A DNA stretch of 64,000 nt from Spirochaetia bacterium (GCA_045606105.1 JAZURI010000001.1:127287-191286); one strand, 5' to 3'. Counted from the first letter of the stretch, positions 19,805 through 30,130 are shown. Notes: a model not told the origin generated them from the sequence alone. Numbers and translations: made by a program.

Positions 19805-21406
19805 ATGGAAAAGAAAGAAAACATTCAGTCCGTGCACTGGGCTGACATCACAGCAGACAAGATTATCCGTGAAAGAACAAAGTTTCTCGGTGAAAACAAG
19901 AATGCATTCGTATGTGCCTCAGGTATTACCCCTTCAGGTACAGTTCACATAGGAAACTTCAGGGAAATCATTTCCGTGGAGCTTGTTGCCCGTGCCTTGA
20001 GCCAGAAAGGGCAGAAGGTCCGTTTCATATATTCATGGGACGATTATGACGTGTTCAGGAAAGTTCCGAAAAACATGCCGAAACAGGAGGAGCTTGCAGG
20101 TTATCTCCGTTTCCCGATTACCATGGTTCCGGATCCGTGGGATAAGGAAGAAAGCTATGCCAGAGCCCACGAGGTGGAACTGGAATCTCTTCTCCCTCTG
20201 GTAGGTGTATACCCTGAATATCTTTATCAGGCAAAGAACTACCAGGCTTCCAGATATGCGGAAGGAATGAGAAAGGCTTTTGAGAAAAAGAAGGAAATCA
20301 AAGCATTCCTGGATGAGTTCAGGACAGAGCCGCTTCCTGAGGAGTGGCAGCCGGTTTCCGTATTCTGCAGCCGCTGTCATAAGGATACAACCACTGTAAA
20401 GGGCTGGGACGGAGAATGGGGCGTTTCCTATGTCTGCGATTCATGCGGTCACGAGGAGACTGTGGATCTCAGAACCACATCCGTAGCCAAGCTTCCATGG
20501 CGTATTGACTGGCCTATGAGATGGGGCGTTGAAGGGGTAGACTTCGAGCCTGCCGGAAAGGATCATCATTCGGAAGGAGGTTCTTTCAGCACAGCAAAGG
20601 GAATTGCCAGAGAGATCTACAACCACGAGCCTCCTGTGACATTCCAGTACGACTTCCTCAGTATCAAGGGAAGGGGCGGAAAGATCTCATCCTCCAGCGG
20701 AGAAGTAATCAGCCTCAGGGACGTACTCGAAATCTATCAGCCTGAAATCGTAAGATACATGTTTGCCAGCACAAGACCGAATACAGAATTCGCCATCTCC
20801 TTCGACCTTGATGTTCTCAAGATCTACGAGGACTACGATAAATGCGAAAGGGTTTATTTCGGTGTGGAAAAGCTTAATGAGAAAAAAGCCGAGAAGGAAA
20901 AACGCATATATGAGCTTTCACAGGTAGGTGACGTGCCGGAGGTTATGCCTTATCAGATTCCACTCAGACATCTCTGCAACCTTCTCCAGATCAACAACGG
21001 TGATGTGGATGCGGTAATCGGACTTCTGGATATCAGCGACGAAAGACAGATTCCTCGTCTCAGGAACCGTGCCGAATGTGCATGGAGATGGATCACCACA
21101 TTTGCACCGGATGATTTCCGCTTCTCACTGAAGGTACCGGGAGAGGATATGCTTGAAATCGATGAGCAGACACGGAATATTCTGGCAGCATCGGCTTCTG
21201 TTATTGAAAACCTTGAAAACTACAACGAGAAATCCCTGGCAGAGGAGCTTTATAAGGTTGCCCAGGAGCAGGGAATGGAGCCTAAGGATATGTTTACCCT
21301 TTTCTACAGGATTCTTATCGGCCGTGAGAAGGGACCGAGACTTGCAGGCTTCATAATTACGGCAGGAAAAGAAAAAGTTCTTCCTATCTTGAAGTCATAT
21401 CTCTGA
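19805..21406 (+). CDS. lysS: Class I lysyl-tRNA synthetase
   Basis: HWAD, SGITPSGTVHIGN, KLPWRIDWPMRW, KISSS. Confidence 0.96.
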   Translation: MEKKENIQSVHWADITADKIIRERTKFLGENKNAFVCASGITPSGTVHIGNFREIISVELVARALSQKGQKVRFIYSWDDYDVFRKVPKNMPKQEELAGYLRFPITMVPDPWDKEESYARAHEVELESLLPLVGVYPEYLYQAKNYQASRYAEGMRKAFEKKKEIKAFLDEFRTEPLPEEWQPVSVFCSRCHKDTTTVKGWDGEWGVSYVCDSCGHEETVDLRTTSVAKLPWRIDWPMRWGVEGVDFEPAGKDHHSEGGSFSTAKGIAREIYNHEPPVTFQYDFLSIKGRGGKISSSSGEVISLRDVLEIYQPEIVRYMFASTRPNTEFAISFDLDVLKIYEDYDKCERVYFGVEKLNEKKAEKEKRIYELSQVGDVPEVMPYQIPLRHLCNLLQINNGDVDAVIGLLDISDERQIPRLRNRAECAWRWITTFAPDDFRFSLKVPGEDMLEIDEQTRNILAASASVIENLENYNEKSLAEELYKVAQEQGMEPKDMFTLFYRILIGREKGPRLAGFIITAGKEKVLPILKSYL

Positions 21407-21439
21407 AAAACCGTGTAACTTTTTAAGATATAAGTAGGT

Positions 21440-22744
21440 TTGACTGTTGATATGATTCAGATGAAACGAATTTTTTGTTCAATTTTGTTATTGTCTGTTT
21501 TTGCCGCATCTGCATTCTGCGAAACTGTACTTACAGTGGATGATGCGGTAAAAAAGGCTTTGTCCGACAACAGGAATATTCAGCAGGAATCAATAACATT
21601 ATCAGATCGGGAAAGAAGCGTAAAAAACAGATGGAATATCTTTCTTCCCGAAATCACCGCCTCGGCAGGACTGGGACGGAACAATGAAATCCTTGAAAAC
21701 TCACCCGATGCCACATGGAACGGCAGGGTCAGCGGCGCTGTTTCCCTGACCTTGGGTACAGATTTCCCATACAAGATATCCCGTATAAAAAAAGAATATG
21801 AATCGGGAAGCATAGATTATGAAAACGCCAGACGTAACCTGGAGGTTGCCGTAAGGGAATCCTTCTGCGAGCTCCTTATCTATGAACGGGACATTGCCCT
21901 GGTAAAGGAAAACCTGGAAGCAAACAGGAAACGGTACGACCAGGCTCTTGTGAACCAGGAGGCAGGACTGGTGCCTGAACTGGATGTCCTCAACGCCCGG
22001 CTGGCCTGGACCAGGCTTATACCGGAGCATGATGCCCTGGAAACCGAATACAGCCGCAAGCTGGATCTTTTCAAGATATCCCTGGGGATGGATTCCTCGG
22101 AGACCGTGGTTCTTGACGGAGATATCGATACCCTGGTTCCGGAAAATATAGATTTTTCAGCTGTTCCGGCCGAAATCGAGACACCGGTTCTCAGAAGCCT
22201 GAAGGCAGAACTGGAAATTTCCGAAAGCAGCAGACGGGAGCTTCAGGGCTCTTCCCTTTTTCCGGAGCTGACCCTGGGGTGGGATATAACTCCTGTATGG
22301 CCTGATGTGACAGCCTCCGGTGACTACAGCGACAACGGAAGCTTTTCGGCCGGTCTCAGATGGCGCCTTGACAACCTGGTCCCTAATTCGGACGGAGACC
22401 TGAAGATAAAGCAGCTCAGGGACAATTCCGAAAAGCTCAGGCTTCAGATTGCCGAGGAGCAGGCAGACAGCGAAAGTGCGGTCAGAAACCTTATCAGTGA
22501 GATCAGACGGGGACAGGAAACCGTTAAGACCCTGGAAATGACTGCCGAAATTGCCGGCCGTACCCTGGAGCTTACGGAGGATGCCTACCGTTACGGTGTC
22601 AAGGATATCCTTGATGTAAGCGAAGCCCAGCAGACACTTCACAAGGCAGAGCTGGATATTCTCCGGCAGAAATATGAAATTTACCGTTCATTGCTTGAAC
22701 TTGAATATAAACTCAATCTTTCCTTTGGAACTTTAGGTGGATGA
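21440..22744 (+). CDS. TolC family outer membrane efflux protein
   Basis: Signal peptide, OEP repeats (YDQALVNQEAGLVPELDVL; YRYGVKDILDV); start probably ATG 21461. Confidence 0.85.
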   Translation: MTVDMIQMKRIFCSILLLSVFAASAFCETVLTVDDAVKKALSDNRNIQQESITLSDRERSVKNRWNIFLPEITASAGLGRNNEILENSPDATWNGRVSGAVSLTLGTDFPYKISRIKKEYESGSIDYENARRNLEVAVRESFCELLIYERDIALVKENLEANRKRYDQALVNQEAGLVPELDVLNARLAWTRLIPEHDALETEYSRKLDLFKISLGMDSSETVVLDGDIDTLVPENIDFSAVPAEIETPVLRSLKAELEISESSRRELQGSSLFPELTLGWDITPVWPDVTASGDYSDNGSFSAGLRWRLDNLVPNSDGDLKIKQLRDNSEKLRLQIAEEQADSESAVRNLISEIRRGQETVKTLEMTAEIAGRTLELTEDAYRYGVKDILDVSEAQQTLHKAELDILRQKYEIYRSLLELEYKLNLSFGTLGG

Positions 22745-23639
22745 TATGAAAAGAATTGCATTGCTTTTACTCTGTATCCTTACAGCAGCCTCGGTGCTCT
22801 CCTGTAAGAAGAATGAAAAAGAGGAAACTCAGGTCAAAAAGGAAAGAATCTATGCCGTAGTTGCCGATACCGTAACTGTAAAGTCGGTTCAGAGCTATAT
22901 CGAAACCAGCGGCGAGGTTGAGGCCCGTACCAATGTTTCGGTCTATCCCGAAATCGGCGGAAAGGTGGCATCCCTTGCGGTGGAGGTGGGAGATGAGGTC
23001 CGGAAGGGTGATGTGATTGCCTCCGTGGATCCTTCAAAACCGGGTGCATACTACAGCCTCAGTCCCGTAAAGGCCCCTATTACCGGCACAGTCACCGAGA
23101 TTGTTTCCAGACCAGGAACCACGGTTACTACAGGAACCGCTGTTGTGAAGGTGGGGGATATTGATGACCTTGTCATTTATGCCGATATTCCGGAGCGGGA
23201 TGTGGCAGACCTGAAGGTAGGGCTCAGGGCCGATATAAGCTTTCCTGCATTCAGGGGAGAGATTTTCAGCGGTGAGATTGTCAGGGTTTCTCCCGTGGTG
23301 GACAAGGCATCCCGCAGCAAGCAGGTGGAGCTCCGTATCACAGGCTCCGACAGCAGGATAAATGCCGGAATGTTTCCTAAGCTTAAATTCTACACAAGAA
23401 TATATGAGGGCTATGTGGTTATCCCCGACGAGGCCATTGTTACCAGAGCCGGAAAGAATTATGTTTTCCTGGTGCGGGAGGACAAGGATGGACCGGTTGC
23501 CGAAAGGGTTGAAGTCGAAAGGATTGCAACCGTGGATAACGATGCAGTCATCGGCAAGGGGCTCAGGGCCGGAGATAAGCTGATCGTGGACGGCATGAGT
23601 TCTCTTGTGGACGGTGCCAGCCTCAATATCATAAAATAA
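22737..23639 (+). CDS. RND efflux periplasmic adaptor (lipoprotein)
   Basis: VLSC lipobox, lipoyl half-motifs, APITGTV, SPVVDKASR. Confidence 0.88.
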   Translation: MDDMKRIALLLLCILTAASVLSCKKNEKEETQVKKERIYAVVADTVTVKSVQSYIETSGEVEARTNVSVYPEIGGKVASLAVEVGDEVRKGDVIASVDPSKPGAYYSLSPVKAPITGTVTEIVSRPGTTVTTGTAVVKVGDIDDLVIYADIPERDVADLKVGLRADISFPAFRGEIFSGEIVRVSPVVDKASRSKQVELRITGSDSRINAGMFPKLKFYTRIYEGYVVIPDEAIVTRAGKNYVFLVREDKDGPVAERVEVERIATVDNDAVIGKGLRAGDKLIVDGMSSLVDGASLNIIK

Positions 23640-23651
23640 CGGGAGGCAGAC

Positions 23652-26600
23652 ATGAGTGTTTCCCGTACCGTTGTAAACCGTCCGGTTCTTTTTACCATTA
23701 TTTTCGTAGTATTGTCGGGGCTGGGGGTATTCTTCTATTCTGACCTTCCGGTGGAGATGATGCCGGATATCGAATATCCGATGATTACGGTCGTTACCAC
23801 CTATTCCGGTGCGGCCCCTGAATCGGTTGAAAAAACCATAACCAAGCCTATAGAGGAGGCCCTTACCAGTGTTTCGGGAGTCAAGGAGCTGACATCCACC
23901 TCTTCCGAGGGACGAAGCCGGGTAATGCTGGAATTCGACTTCGGTACGAACCTGGATACCGCCACCAATGATGTCCGTGACAAGCTGGACCGTGTAAAAA
24001 GGCAGCTTCCCGACGATGCTGACGATCCTCTCATCAGAATATACAATTCATCATCAAGACCTATCATGCGTATTGCTGTGCGCGGTGACAGGGATATCGG
24101 TGAACTCAGATACATGGCGGACAACAGTATTTCAGACCGCCTTTCCCAGGTGGACGGGGTAGGTGATGTTACAGCCTACGGAGGACAGGTAAAGGCTGTT
24201 CAGGTGGAGCTGGACCATAACCGTCTCGATGCCTACGGAATCACCATCCAGGATATCAAGTCTGAGCTCATGAAGCAGAACATTGAGCTTGGCGGCGGTG
24301 ATGTGGAAAGCTATTCAAAGGAATATCTCATCCGTACAACCGGTGAATTCAGGAATGTCCGGGAAATTTCGGAAACCGTGGTGGCAACCAGAGGGGGCTA
24401 CGATGTAAAGCTTTCCGATCTGGGCGAGGTTTTCATGGGCTACAAGGACAAGACCTCCATAGCCTCCGTAAACAGCGATCCGGGAGTATATCTTGCCATC
24501 CAGAGGGCAACCGGGGCAAATATCGTCAAGGTGGCGGAAAACATGTACAGCAAGCTGGAGGAGATGAAAAGCTATCTTCCCGACGACATAAGCCTGGTAA
24601 TCATCAGGGACGACAGCGTGGAAATCCGCAAGGTTCTTCAGGAACTCAGGACCACACTGCTTCAGGGTCTCGCTCTCGTGGTCATCGTACTCTTTGTTTT
24701 CCTCAGAAGTGTAAAGAGTACCCTTATCATCAGTATTTCCCTGCCGGTAGCTATTCTCATAACTATTTTTTCCATGTATATATGCGGTTTTACCCTGAAC
24801 ATGATGTCCCTTACAGGTCTCATCCTGGGTCTGGGTATGATTCTGGATGCCTCCATCGTTGTTCTTGAAAATGTTTACCAGCATCTGGACAAAGGGGAGA
24901 AAACCAGGGAGGCTGTAATCAACGGCTCCCACGAGATGATCTCGGCCATTACCTCCTCAACCCTTACCACGATTGTCGTTTTCCTTCCGTTCATATTCTA
25001 CAAGAACCAGCTGGAAATGGTGGGACAGGTACTCAGCGACGTTATCTTCACCATTATCATTTCCGTAAGCATCAGCCTTTTTGTTGCCATCTATCTGGTA
25101 CCGGTTCTGGCCACCAGATATTTCAAGATAAAAAGCAAGCTGAAGCCGGTTGCGGAGGGTGCAGAAGGAGAAAGGAAAGCTACCTTCATAGACCGGTTCA
25201 GGAACGGCTACAGGGTTCTGCTCAAAAAGGCCATCAGACACAGGTTTGCCGTAATCCTGGTGGTTATTGCCTTCTTCTGTGTCGGTATGTACATGATTTC
25301 ACAGACAAGAATCATCTTCATGCCGGGTATGACAACAAACAATGTATCCATTTCCGCTACCCTTGCTCCTGGAACCAAGCTGGAGGATACCGAAAAATTC
25401 ATGAAGGGCATAGAAGAAATTGTCCGGAAGGAAGTGGGAAAGTATAAGTATATCATCAATACAGCCGGTTCCGACGGTGCATCCTACAAGGGAGAGGTAT
25501 CGGTGGAGCTTTACGGAGCAGGTGAAAGAGACGAGACTCCGGACCAGATCAAGGAAAAGCTCAGGAAATATTTTGCCGATTTCCCTCAGGCCAAGCTTGA
25601 ATTCAGTACCAGAAGAGGCTTCTCATCAACCCCGACAATCAAGGTTCAGCTTATCTATGAAGATATCAATAATGTCAGGATGACAGCAGAGGATATAATC
25701 AGCCTTATCCGGCTCAACATGCAGGGAGAGGTAACCAACGCCATCCTGGATCTTACCGACGGTCTTCCTCAGATAGAGGTGGTCATCGACAGGCAGCGTG
25801 CATACCATTTCGGTCTTTCCGTTGAAGAGATTGCCCAGGAGGTGAGAAATTCCATAGAGGGAACCGAAGCTACCACATATCGCGAGGATGGAAACGAATA
25901 TGATGTCATTCTCAGGCTTCAGGAGTCGGACAGAAGCCACATTCCGGACCTGGACAAGATATTCCTCATAAGCGATTCCGGAGAAAAGATATACCTTTCC
26001 AATGTGGCGGAGCTCAAGAAGGGTGTAGGTCCTATGACCATCAGCCGTGACAACAAGCGCCGTCTTGCAACCATCAATGTGGAATGCTCCGCAGATGCCA
26101 AGATGAACGAGGTACAGGACAGGATCAAGCAGCTCATGGACGAGAACATGGTTTTCCCTGACGACATAATCTACTCCTTTGACGGAGACTGGGTTGAGGT
26201 ACAGGAAAAGGGACACTATGTATTCGTAATCCTGATAATGGCCATTATCCTTATTTTCTCGGTTATGGCAGGACAGTACGAATCCTTCAAGAACCCTTTC
26301 ATCAACATGTTCACCATACCGCTTCTGGTTATCGGTGTGGCTGCCATCTACTTCATCACGGGACAGTCCCTCAGCCTCTTCTCGGCGGTAGGTGCCGTAA
26401 TGCTTACCGGTATCGTAGTAAACAACGGTATCGTACTTGTGGATTTCATCAATCAGCTCAGAGCCAGGGGAATGGGTGTCTACGAGGCCTGTATCGAGTC
26501 TGCGGTAGCCAGAATCCGCCCGATCCTCATGACCAGTACTACTACCATTTTCGCCATGATGCCTATGGCTTTCTCCCAGAAGGAGGGTCCAAACATGACC

Positions 26601-26735
26601 CAGCCTATTGCCCTTACTGTTCTGGGCGGCCTGGGAAGTGCCACCATCATTACCCTTTTCTTTATTCCTATCATGTATTTCATTTTCAATGAGACAAGGG
26701 AAAACAAGAAAAAGCTCAAGGCAGGAAAGCTCTGA
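23652..26735 (+). CDS. RND efflux permease (AcrB/AcrD/AcrF family)
   Basis: 1027 aa; GMILDASIVVLEN, VNNGIVLVD, RIRPILMT. Confidence 0.93.
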   Translation: MSVSRTVVNRPVLFTIIFVVLSGLGVFFYSDLPVEMMPDIEYPMITVVTTYSGAAPESVEKTITKPIEEALTSVSGVKELTSTSSEGRSRVMLEFDFGTNLDTATNDVRDKLDRVKRQLPDDADDPLIRIYNSSSRPIMRIAVRGDRDIGELRYMADNSISDRLSQVDGVGDVTAYGGQVKAVQVELDHNRLDAYGITIQDIKSELMKQNIELGGGDVESYSKEYLIRTTGEFRNVREISETVVATRGGYDVKLSDLGEVFMGYKDKTSIASVNSDPGVYLAIQRATGANIVKVAENMYSKLEEMKSYLPDDISLVIIRDDSVEIRKVLQELRTTLLQGLALVVIVLFVFLRSVKSTLIISISLPVAILITIFSMYICGFTLNMMSLTGLILGLGMILDASIVVLENVYQHLDKGEKTREAVINGSHEMISAITSSTLTTIVVFLPFIFYKNQLEMVGQVLSDVIFTIIISVSISLFVAIYLVPVLATRYFKIKSKLKPVAEGAEGERKATFIDRFRNGYRVLLKKAIRHRFAVILVVIAFFCVGMYMISQTRIIFMPGMTTNNVSISATLAPGTKLEDTEKFMKGIEEIVRKEVGKYKYIINTAGSDGASYKGEVSVELYGAGERDETPDQIKEKLRKYFADFPQAKLEFSTRRGFSSTPTIKVQLIYEDINNVRMTAEDIISLIRLNMQGEVTNAILDLTDGLPQIEVVIDRQRAYHFGLSVEEIAQEVRNSIEGTEATTYREDGNEYDVILRLQESDRSHIPDLDKIFLISDSGEKIYLSNVAELKKGVGPMTISRDNKRRLATINVECSADAKMNEVQDRIKQLMDENMVFPDDIIYSFDGDWVEVQEKGHYVFVILIMAIILIFSVMAGQYESFKNPFINMFTIPLLVIGVAAIYFITGQSLSLFSAVGAVMLTGIVVNNGIVLVDFINQLRARGMGVYEACIESAVARIRPILMTSTTTIFAMMPMAFSQKEGPNMTQPIALTVLGGLGSATIITLFFIPIMYFIFNETRENKKKLKAGKL

Positions 26736-26762
26736 TAAGTCCGGAAGGATAAAAAGGGCAAT

Positions 26763-26797
26763 AAAAAAGGCAATCTGAAGAGATTGCCTTTTTTTTT
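26763..26797. terminator. Bidirectional intrinsic terminator
   Basis: A6-GGCAATCT-GAAG-AGATTGCC-T9 between the convergent RND and tRNA operons. Confidence 0.88.
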
Positions 26798-26806
26798 ATT
26801 TTAATT

Positions 26807-26879
26807 TGAGCCGCAAAGGGATCGAACCTTTGACCCACAGATTAAGAGTCTGTTGCTCTACCAGCTGAGCTAGCGGCCC
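26807..26879 (-). tRNA. tRNA-Lys(CTT)
   Basis: GGGCCGCTAGCTCAGCTGGTAGAGC...CT-CTT-AA...GGTTCGATCC; no CCA. Confidence 0.95.
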
Positions 26880-26899
26880 AATATTATTCTTTTTTAAGA

Positions 26900-26973
26900 C
26901 ACACCCGACAGGATTCGAACCTGTGACCTGCGGATTCGAAGTCCGACGCACTATCCAGCTGAGCTACGAGTGC
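26900..26973 (-). tRNA. tRNA-Arg(TCG)
   Basis: GCACTCGTAGCTCAGCTGGATAG...CT-TCG-AA...GGTTCGAATCC. Confidence 0.95.
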
Positions 26974-26980
26974 ATTCTAG

Positions 26981-27053
26981 GGTGTCTAGTGGGGTTCGAA
27001 CCCACGACAACCGGAACCACAATCCGGGGCTCTACCGCTGAACTATAGACACC
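26981..27053 (-). tRNA. tRNA-His(GTG) with encoded G-1
   Basis: G-GTGTCTA...CCGGA-TT-GTG-GT-TCCGG...GGTTCGAACC...TAGACAC-C. Confidence 0.95.
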
Positions 27054-27114
27054 AAGTGTGCCATAAATATGCCAAAAAAAGTCGGTTTTTGTCAATGCCC
27101 TTTCAGGCAAAAGG

Positions 27115-27951
27115 GTGGAAATTGTTAAAAATTTTTGTTATATTTGTTTTGTAAGCAAGGAGAAAGATTTGTTCCGGGGAAATTTTTACATAACAGAAAC
27201 CAAAGGTCCGGCAATCAGGGGAAAGCTTCCCTTTGCCCGTAAGTTCAGTTTTTTCAGCAGATTCATCCGCCAGGTGTTCCGTGTCAGGAAAAATGTTCTG
27301 AAGGGAAAAGGGCTGGATTATGTATATGAAAACAGCGCCATTGTCATCAGGATGTGCGAGGAATTCGGTGCCAGAATCCATATCGAGGGGATAGACAATC
27401 TCCGTAATGCACCTGGAGCCGTGGTTATTGCGGCCAATCATCAGAGTACGCTGGAAACCCTTATGCTGCCGTCAGTTCTCGGAAGCTTCATGCCTCATAC
27501 CTATGTTGTGAAGAAAAGCCTTTCCGACGGTTTTATCTTCGGTCCCATCATGAAGCTGTTCGGTCCCATCGGACTTGAAAGGAACAGGAAGGAACCCAGG
27601 GCCGATCTGGACAAGGTAATGAAGGTGGGGGGAGAGGCTCTTGCAAACGGAAAATCGGTGGTGATTTTTCCCCAGGGAACCCGCTGCATGAACTTTGATC
27701 CGGCAGGCTTCAACTCCATTGCGGTAAAGCTGGCCAAAAGGGCAGGAGTGTCTGTCATTCCATGTGCCGTAAAGACTGATTTCTGGGAAAACGGCCGTGT
27801 TGTAAGCACCGTGGGCAATCTGTGGCCCGAAAGGACTGTTCATCTCGCTTTCGGAGAGGCTGTGGCCATCGAAGGGGCAGGAAAAAAAGAACAGGCCCAT
27901 ATAGTTGAATTTATTGAAAAAAAATACAAAGGATGGACTGAAGAGGGTTGA
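27115..27951 (+). CDS. plsC: 1-acyl-sn-glycerol-3-phosphate acyltransferase family protein (start uncertain)
   Basis: NHQSTLE and IFPQGTR motifs. Confidence 0.8.
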   Translation: MEIVKNFCYICFVSKEKDLFRGNFYITETKGPAIRGKLPFARKFSFFSRFIRQVFRVRKNVLKGKGLDYVYENSAIVIRMCEEFGARIHIEGIDNLRNAPGAVVIAANHQSTLETLMLPSVLGSFMPHTYVVKKSLSDGFIFGPIMKLFGPIGLERNRKEPRADLDKVMKVGGEALANGKSVVIFPQGTRCMNFDPAGFNSIAVKLAKRAGVSVIPCAVKTDFWENGRVVSTVGNLWPERTVHLAFGEAVAIEGAGKKEQAHIVEFIEKKYKGWTEEG

Positions 27952-29864
27952 GCAGTAATTCAGAAGAATGGAAAAGGCTTGTTTCTTCTCATTCCGACCA
28001 GTTTTTTACAGATCTGGCCAGGAATTATCTGGGAGATATAAAATCTCTGTCCAACCGGCAGCGGCTGACAGACAAGCTCAGGGAATTTCTGACAGAACCG
28101 GAAAACACCGAAAGGATCCTTTCCCTTATCGATGAGAAGGATGCCTCCCTGCTGACTGCCGTGAGCATTCTCGGTTGCAGTACTCCGGGTGCCCTGTATA
28201 CTCTTTTTGCTCCCGAACAGAGTTATCTTGATTTCTATAAGCATCTCATAAACTTGGAGGAGCGGATGCTGCTCTGCCGGGACGGCGGAAAGGTTGTCAT
28301 CTCACCTTTGTTCCGCGACATTCTTGAGGAAAGGATAATAGATACCGACATGTTTATCGGCTGTGTACCGTGCAGACCCGAAACCGGGGATTTTCCTCCT
28401 TGGTACAGCCCGTCAGCCCTTTCCGCCTTTTTTTCCTATCTGCTGAGAGGGGGAAGCCTTTTCAGGAACGATTTCTCCTTCCGCAAGAAATATGCCGGTG
28501 AGCTTAAAGCCCTGCTGGCCCCCTCCTTTGCCGGAGGTGACGGGGATGCCTGCGTGGAATACCTGCGCCGGTTCTTCATTGAAAACAATCTGGTCAGGGT
28601 ATCGGATAAGAAGATAACTCCTGTCATGCCGGTCATAAAGGAGTTCATGGAACTGACACCGGAAAAGCAGAAGCAGCTTGTTCTCAGGACAGTAACGGGA
28701 AACACATCGGCAGCTGCCTGCTTCCTGGAAAACATCTCCCCTGACAGGAGCTGTTCCGAAAAGGCCCTTGCCCGGCTCCTCCGGTGCTGCTGTGCCGCAT
28801 CCGGTGCGGCGGAATGCCGGTACGAGGAAATCAGGGACACCCTGGCCGGAGCAGCCCTTATTGTTAAAACCGGAAACAGCTGGCATGCCACCGCAGAGTG
28901 GGACCACAGGGAGCCGGGCCGGTTTGTGGTACAGCCCAATTCCTCTGTCTATGTTTCGGGAAATGTTTCTCTCAGGGACAACATGTTTCTCGCCCTGTGT
29001 GCCGATATCAGGGAGATGGATTTTGTCAGCAGGTACGAGATTACCAGGGAGAGCTTTTTCAGGGCCCTGGCTTCAGGTATCGATGCCCGCCGTTTCATAG
29101 AATTCCTGGAGGAAAAATCGGGCAGCACCCTTCCTCAGAATATTCTCTTCTCTCTCAGAAGCTGGGAAAGCGAATTCAACAGCATATCGGTGGACAGGGG
29201 CTTTGTGGTCAAGGTGGATGACAGGTTCCGTCCCGTGCTGGAAAGCAACCGTAGCTTCAATGCCAGGATAAAGGAAAAGCTGGCAGAGGGGGTATATTTC
29301 GTGCCGGAGGAAAATATGGAGTGGGTAAGCAGATATCTTAAAACCCTTTCCGGCTGCGAATTCATGGCACATTCCGAAGAAAAGGGGACATTCCCGCCGT
29401 TGTCGGTCCGCGGCTCCGTACCGGGTCTGAGATTCAGCTCCGGCGGCAGGAAAAGAACCGGCTCCGGCACATGGGATCCCGAAATCCATGAACGGAAAAT
29501 AGCGGAGCTCAACATCTTTCCGGAGCAGAAGGAAATCCTCCGGGAACGGGTCCGCAGCCGTCTTATCCTTTCCGAAACCCAGCTGGACAGCGAGAATATC
29601 AGATACGAAAAGAACGAGGCCCGGGGTATCGACTACAACGGAAAGCTGAGGCTCTGCGAACAGGTGGTCCGGAACGGAGGCTATTATCTGGAGATTCTTC
29701 TTGCCGGTGAGAAACGGGGAATAATGCTTGAGCCCCAGGGACTCAGGAAGACAGAAGGGGATCATGTCCTGTCAGGCATCGTGGTGGGTGACGGGGAAAA
29801 AACAGAGATATATATCAGGAAAATAGGAGTGGTCAGAAGAATACGCATTTCTTTTAATGATTGA
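27948..29864 (+). CDS. Helicase-associated (XPB Helicase_C_3-like) domain protein
   Basis: VVQPN...YEITRESFFRALASG...LPQNILFSLRSW; no helicase Walker motifs. Confidence 0.7.
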   Translation: MSSNSEEWKRLVSSHSDQFFTDLARNYLGDIKSLSNRQRLTDKLREFLTEPENTERILSLIDEKDASLLTAVSILGCSTPGALYTLFAPEQSYLDFYKHLINLEERMLLCRDGGKVVISPLFRDILEERIIDTDMFIGCVPCRPETGDFPPWYSPSALSAFFSYLLRGGSLFRNDFSFRKKYAGELKALLAPSFAGGDGDACVEYLRRFFIENNLVRVSDKKITPVMPVIKEFMELTPEKQKQLVLRTVTGNTSAAACFLENISPDRSCSEKALARLLRCCCAASGAAECRYEEIRDTLAGAALIVKTGNSWHATAEWDHREPGRFVVQPNSSVYVSGNVSLRDNMFLALCADIREMDFVSRYEITRESFFRALASGIDARRFIEFLEEKSGSTLPQNILFSLRSWESEFNSISVDRGFVVKVDDRFRPVLESNRSFNARIKEKLAEGVYFVPEENMEWVSRYLKTLSGCEFMAHSEEKGTFPPLSVRGSVPGLRFSSGGRKRTGSGTWDPEIHERKIAELNIFPEQKEILRERVRSRLILSETQLDSENIRYEKNEARGIDYNGKLRLCEQVVRNGGYYLEILLAGEKRGIMLEPQGLRKTEGDHVLSGIVVGDGEKTEIYIRKIGVVRRIRISFND

Positions 29865-29888
29865 CACTTCACGATAATTTTTTATAAT
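29861..29888 (+). promoter_or_regulatory. Consensus sigma70 promoter for tRNA-Leu/Gly
   Basis: TTGACA-16bp-TATAAT. Confidence 0.8.
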
Positions 29889-29923
29889 AGTCTTGACTAT
29901 TTCTTTTGAAACTGTTATAAAAT

Positions 29924-30004
29924 GCGAGAGTGGTGAAATTGGTAGACACGCTAGACTTAGGATCTAGTGCCAAAGGCATAAGGGTTCGAGTCCCTTCCCT
30001 CGCA
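29924..30004 (+). tRNA. tRNA-Leu(TAG)
   Basis: GCGAGAGTGGTGAAATTGGTAGACAC, CTAGA-CT-TAG-GA-TCTAG, variable arm, GGTTCGAGTCC. Confidence 0.95.
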
Positions 30005-30023
30005 AAGGAAGAATACCAAATTC

Positions 30024-30095
30024 GCGGGAGTAGCTCAGTGGTAGAGCGCCACCTTGCCAAGGTGGATGTCGCGGGTCCAATCCCCGTCTCCCGCT
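30024..30095 (+). tRNA. tRNA-Gly(GCC)
   Basis: GCGGGAGTAGCTCAGTGGTAGAGC, CCACC-TT-GCC-AA-GGTGG; T-loop reads TCCAATC. Confidence 0.93.
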
Positions 30096-30105
30096 CTCTT
30101 TTTAC

Positions 30106-30130
30106 AGCAGCTGAACAAGCTGCTTTTTTT
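30106..30130 (+). terminator. Intrinsic terminator after tRNA-Gly
   Basis: AGCAGCT-GAACA-AGCTGCT followed by T-run. Confidence 0.75.

Noticed and set aside
29893-29921. Second promoter-like TTGACT-17-TATAAA before tRNA-Leu
   Set aside because: Its start site would fall inside the mature tRNA (begins 29924), so it cannot produce a full tRNA-Leu.
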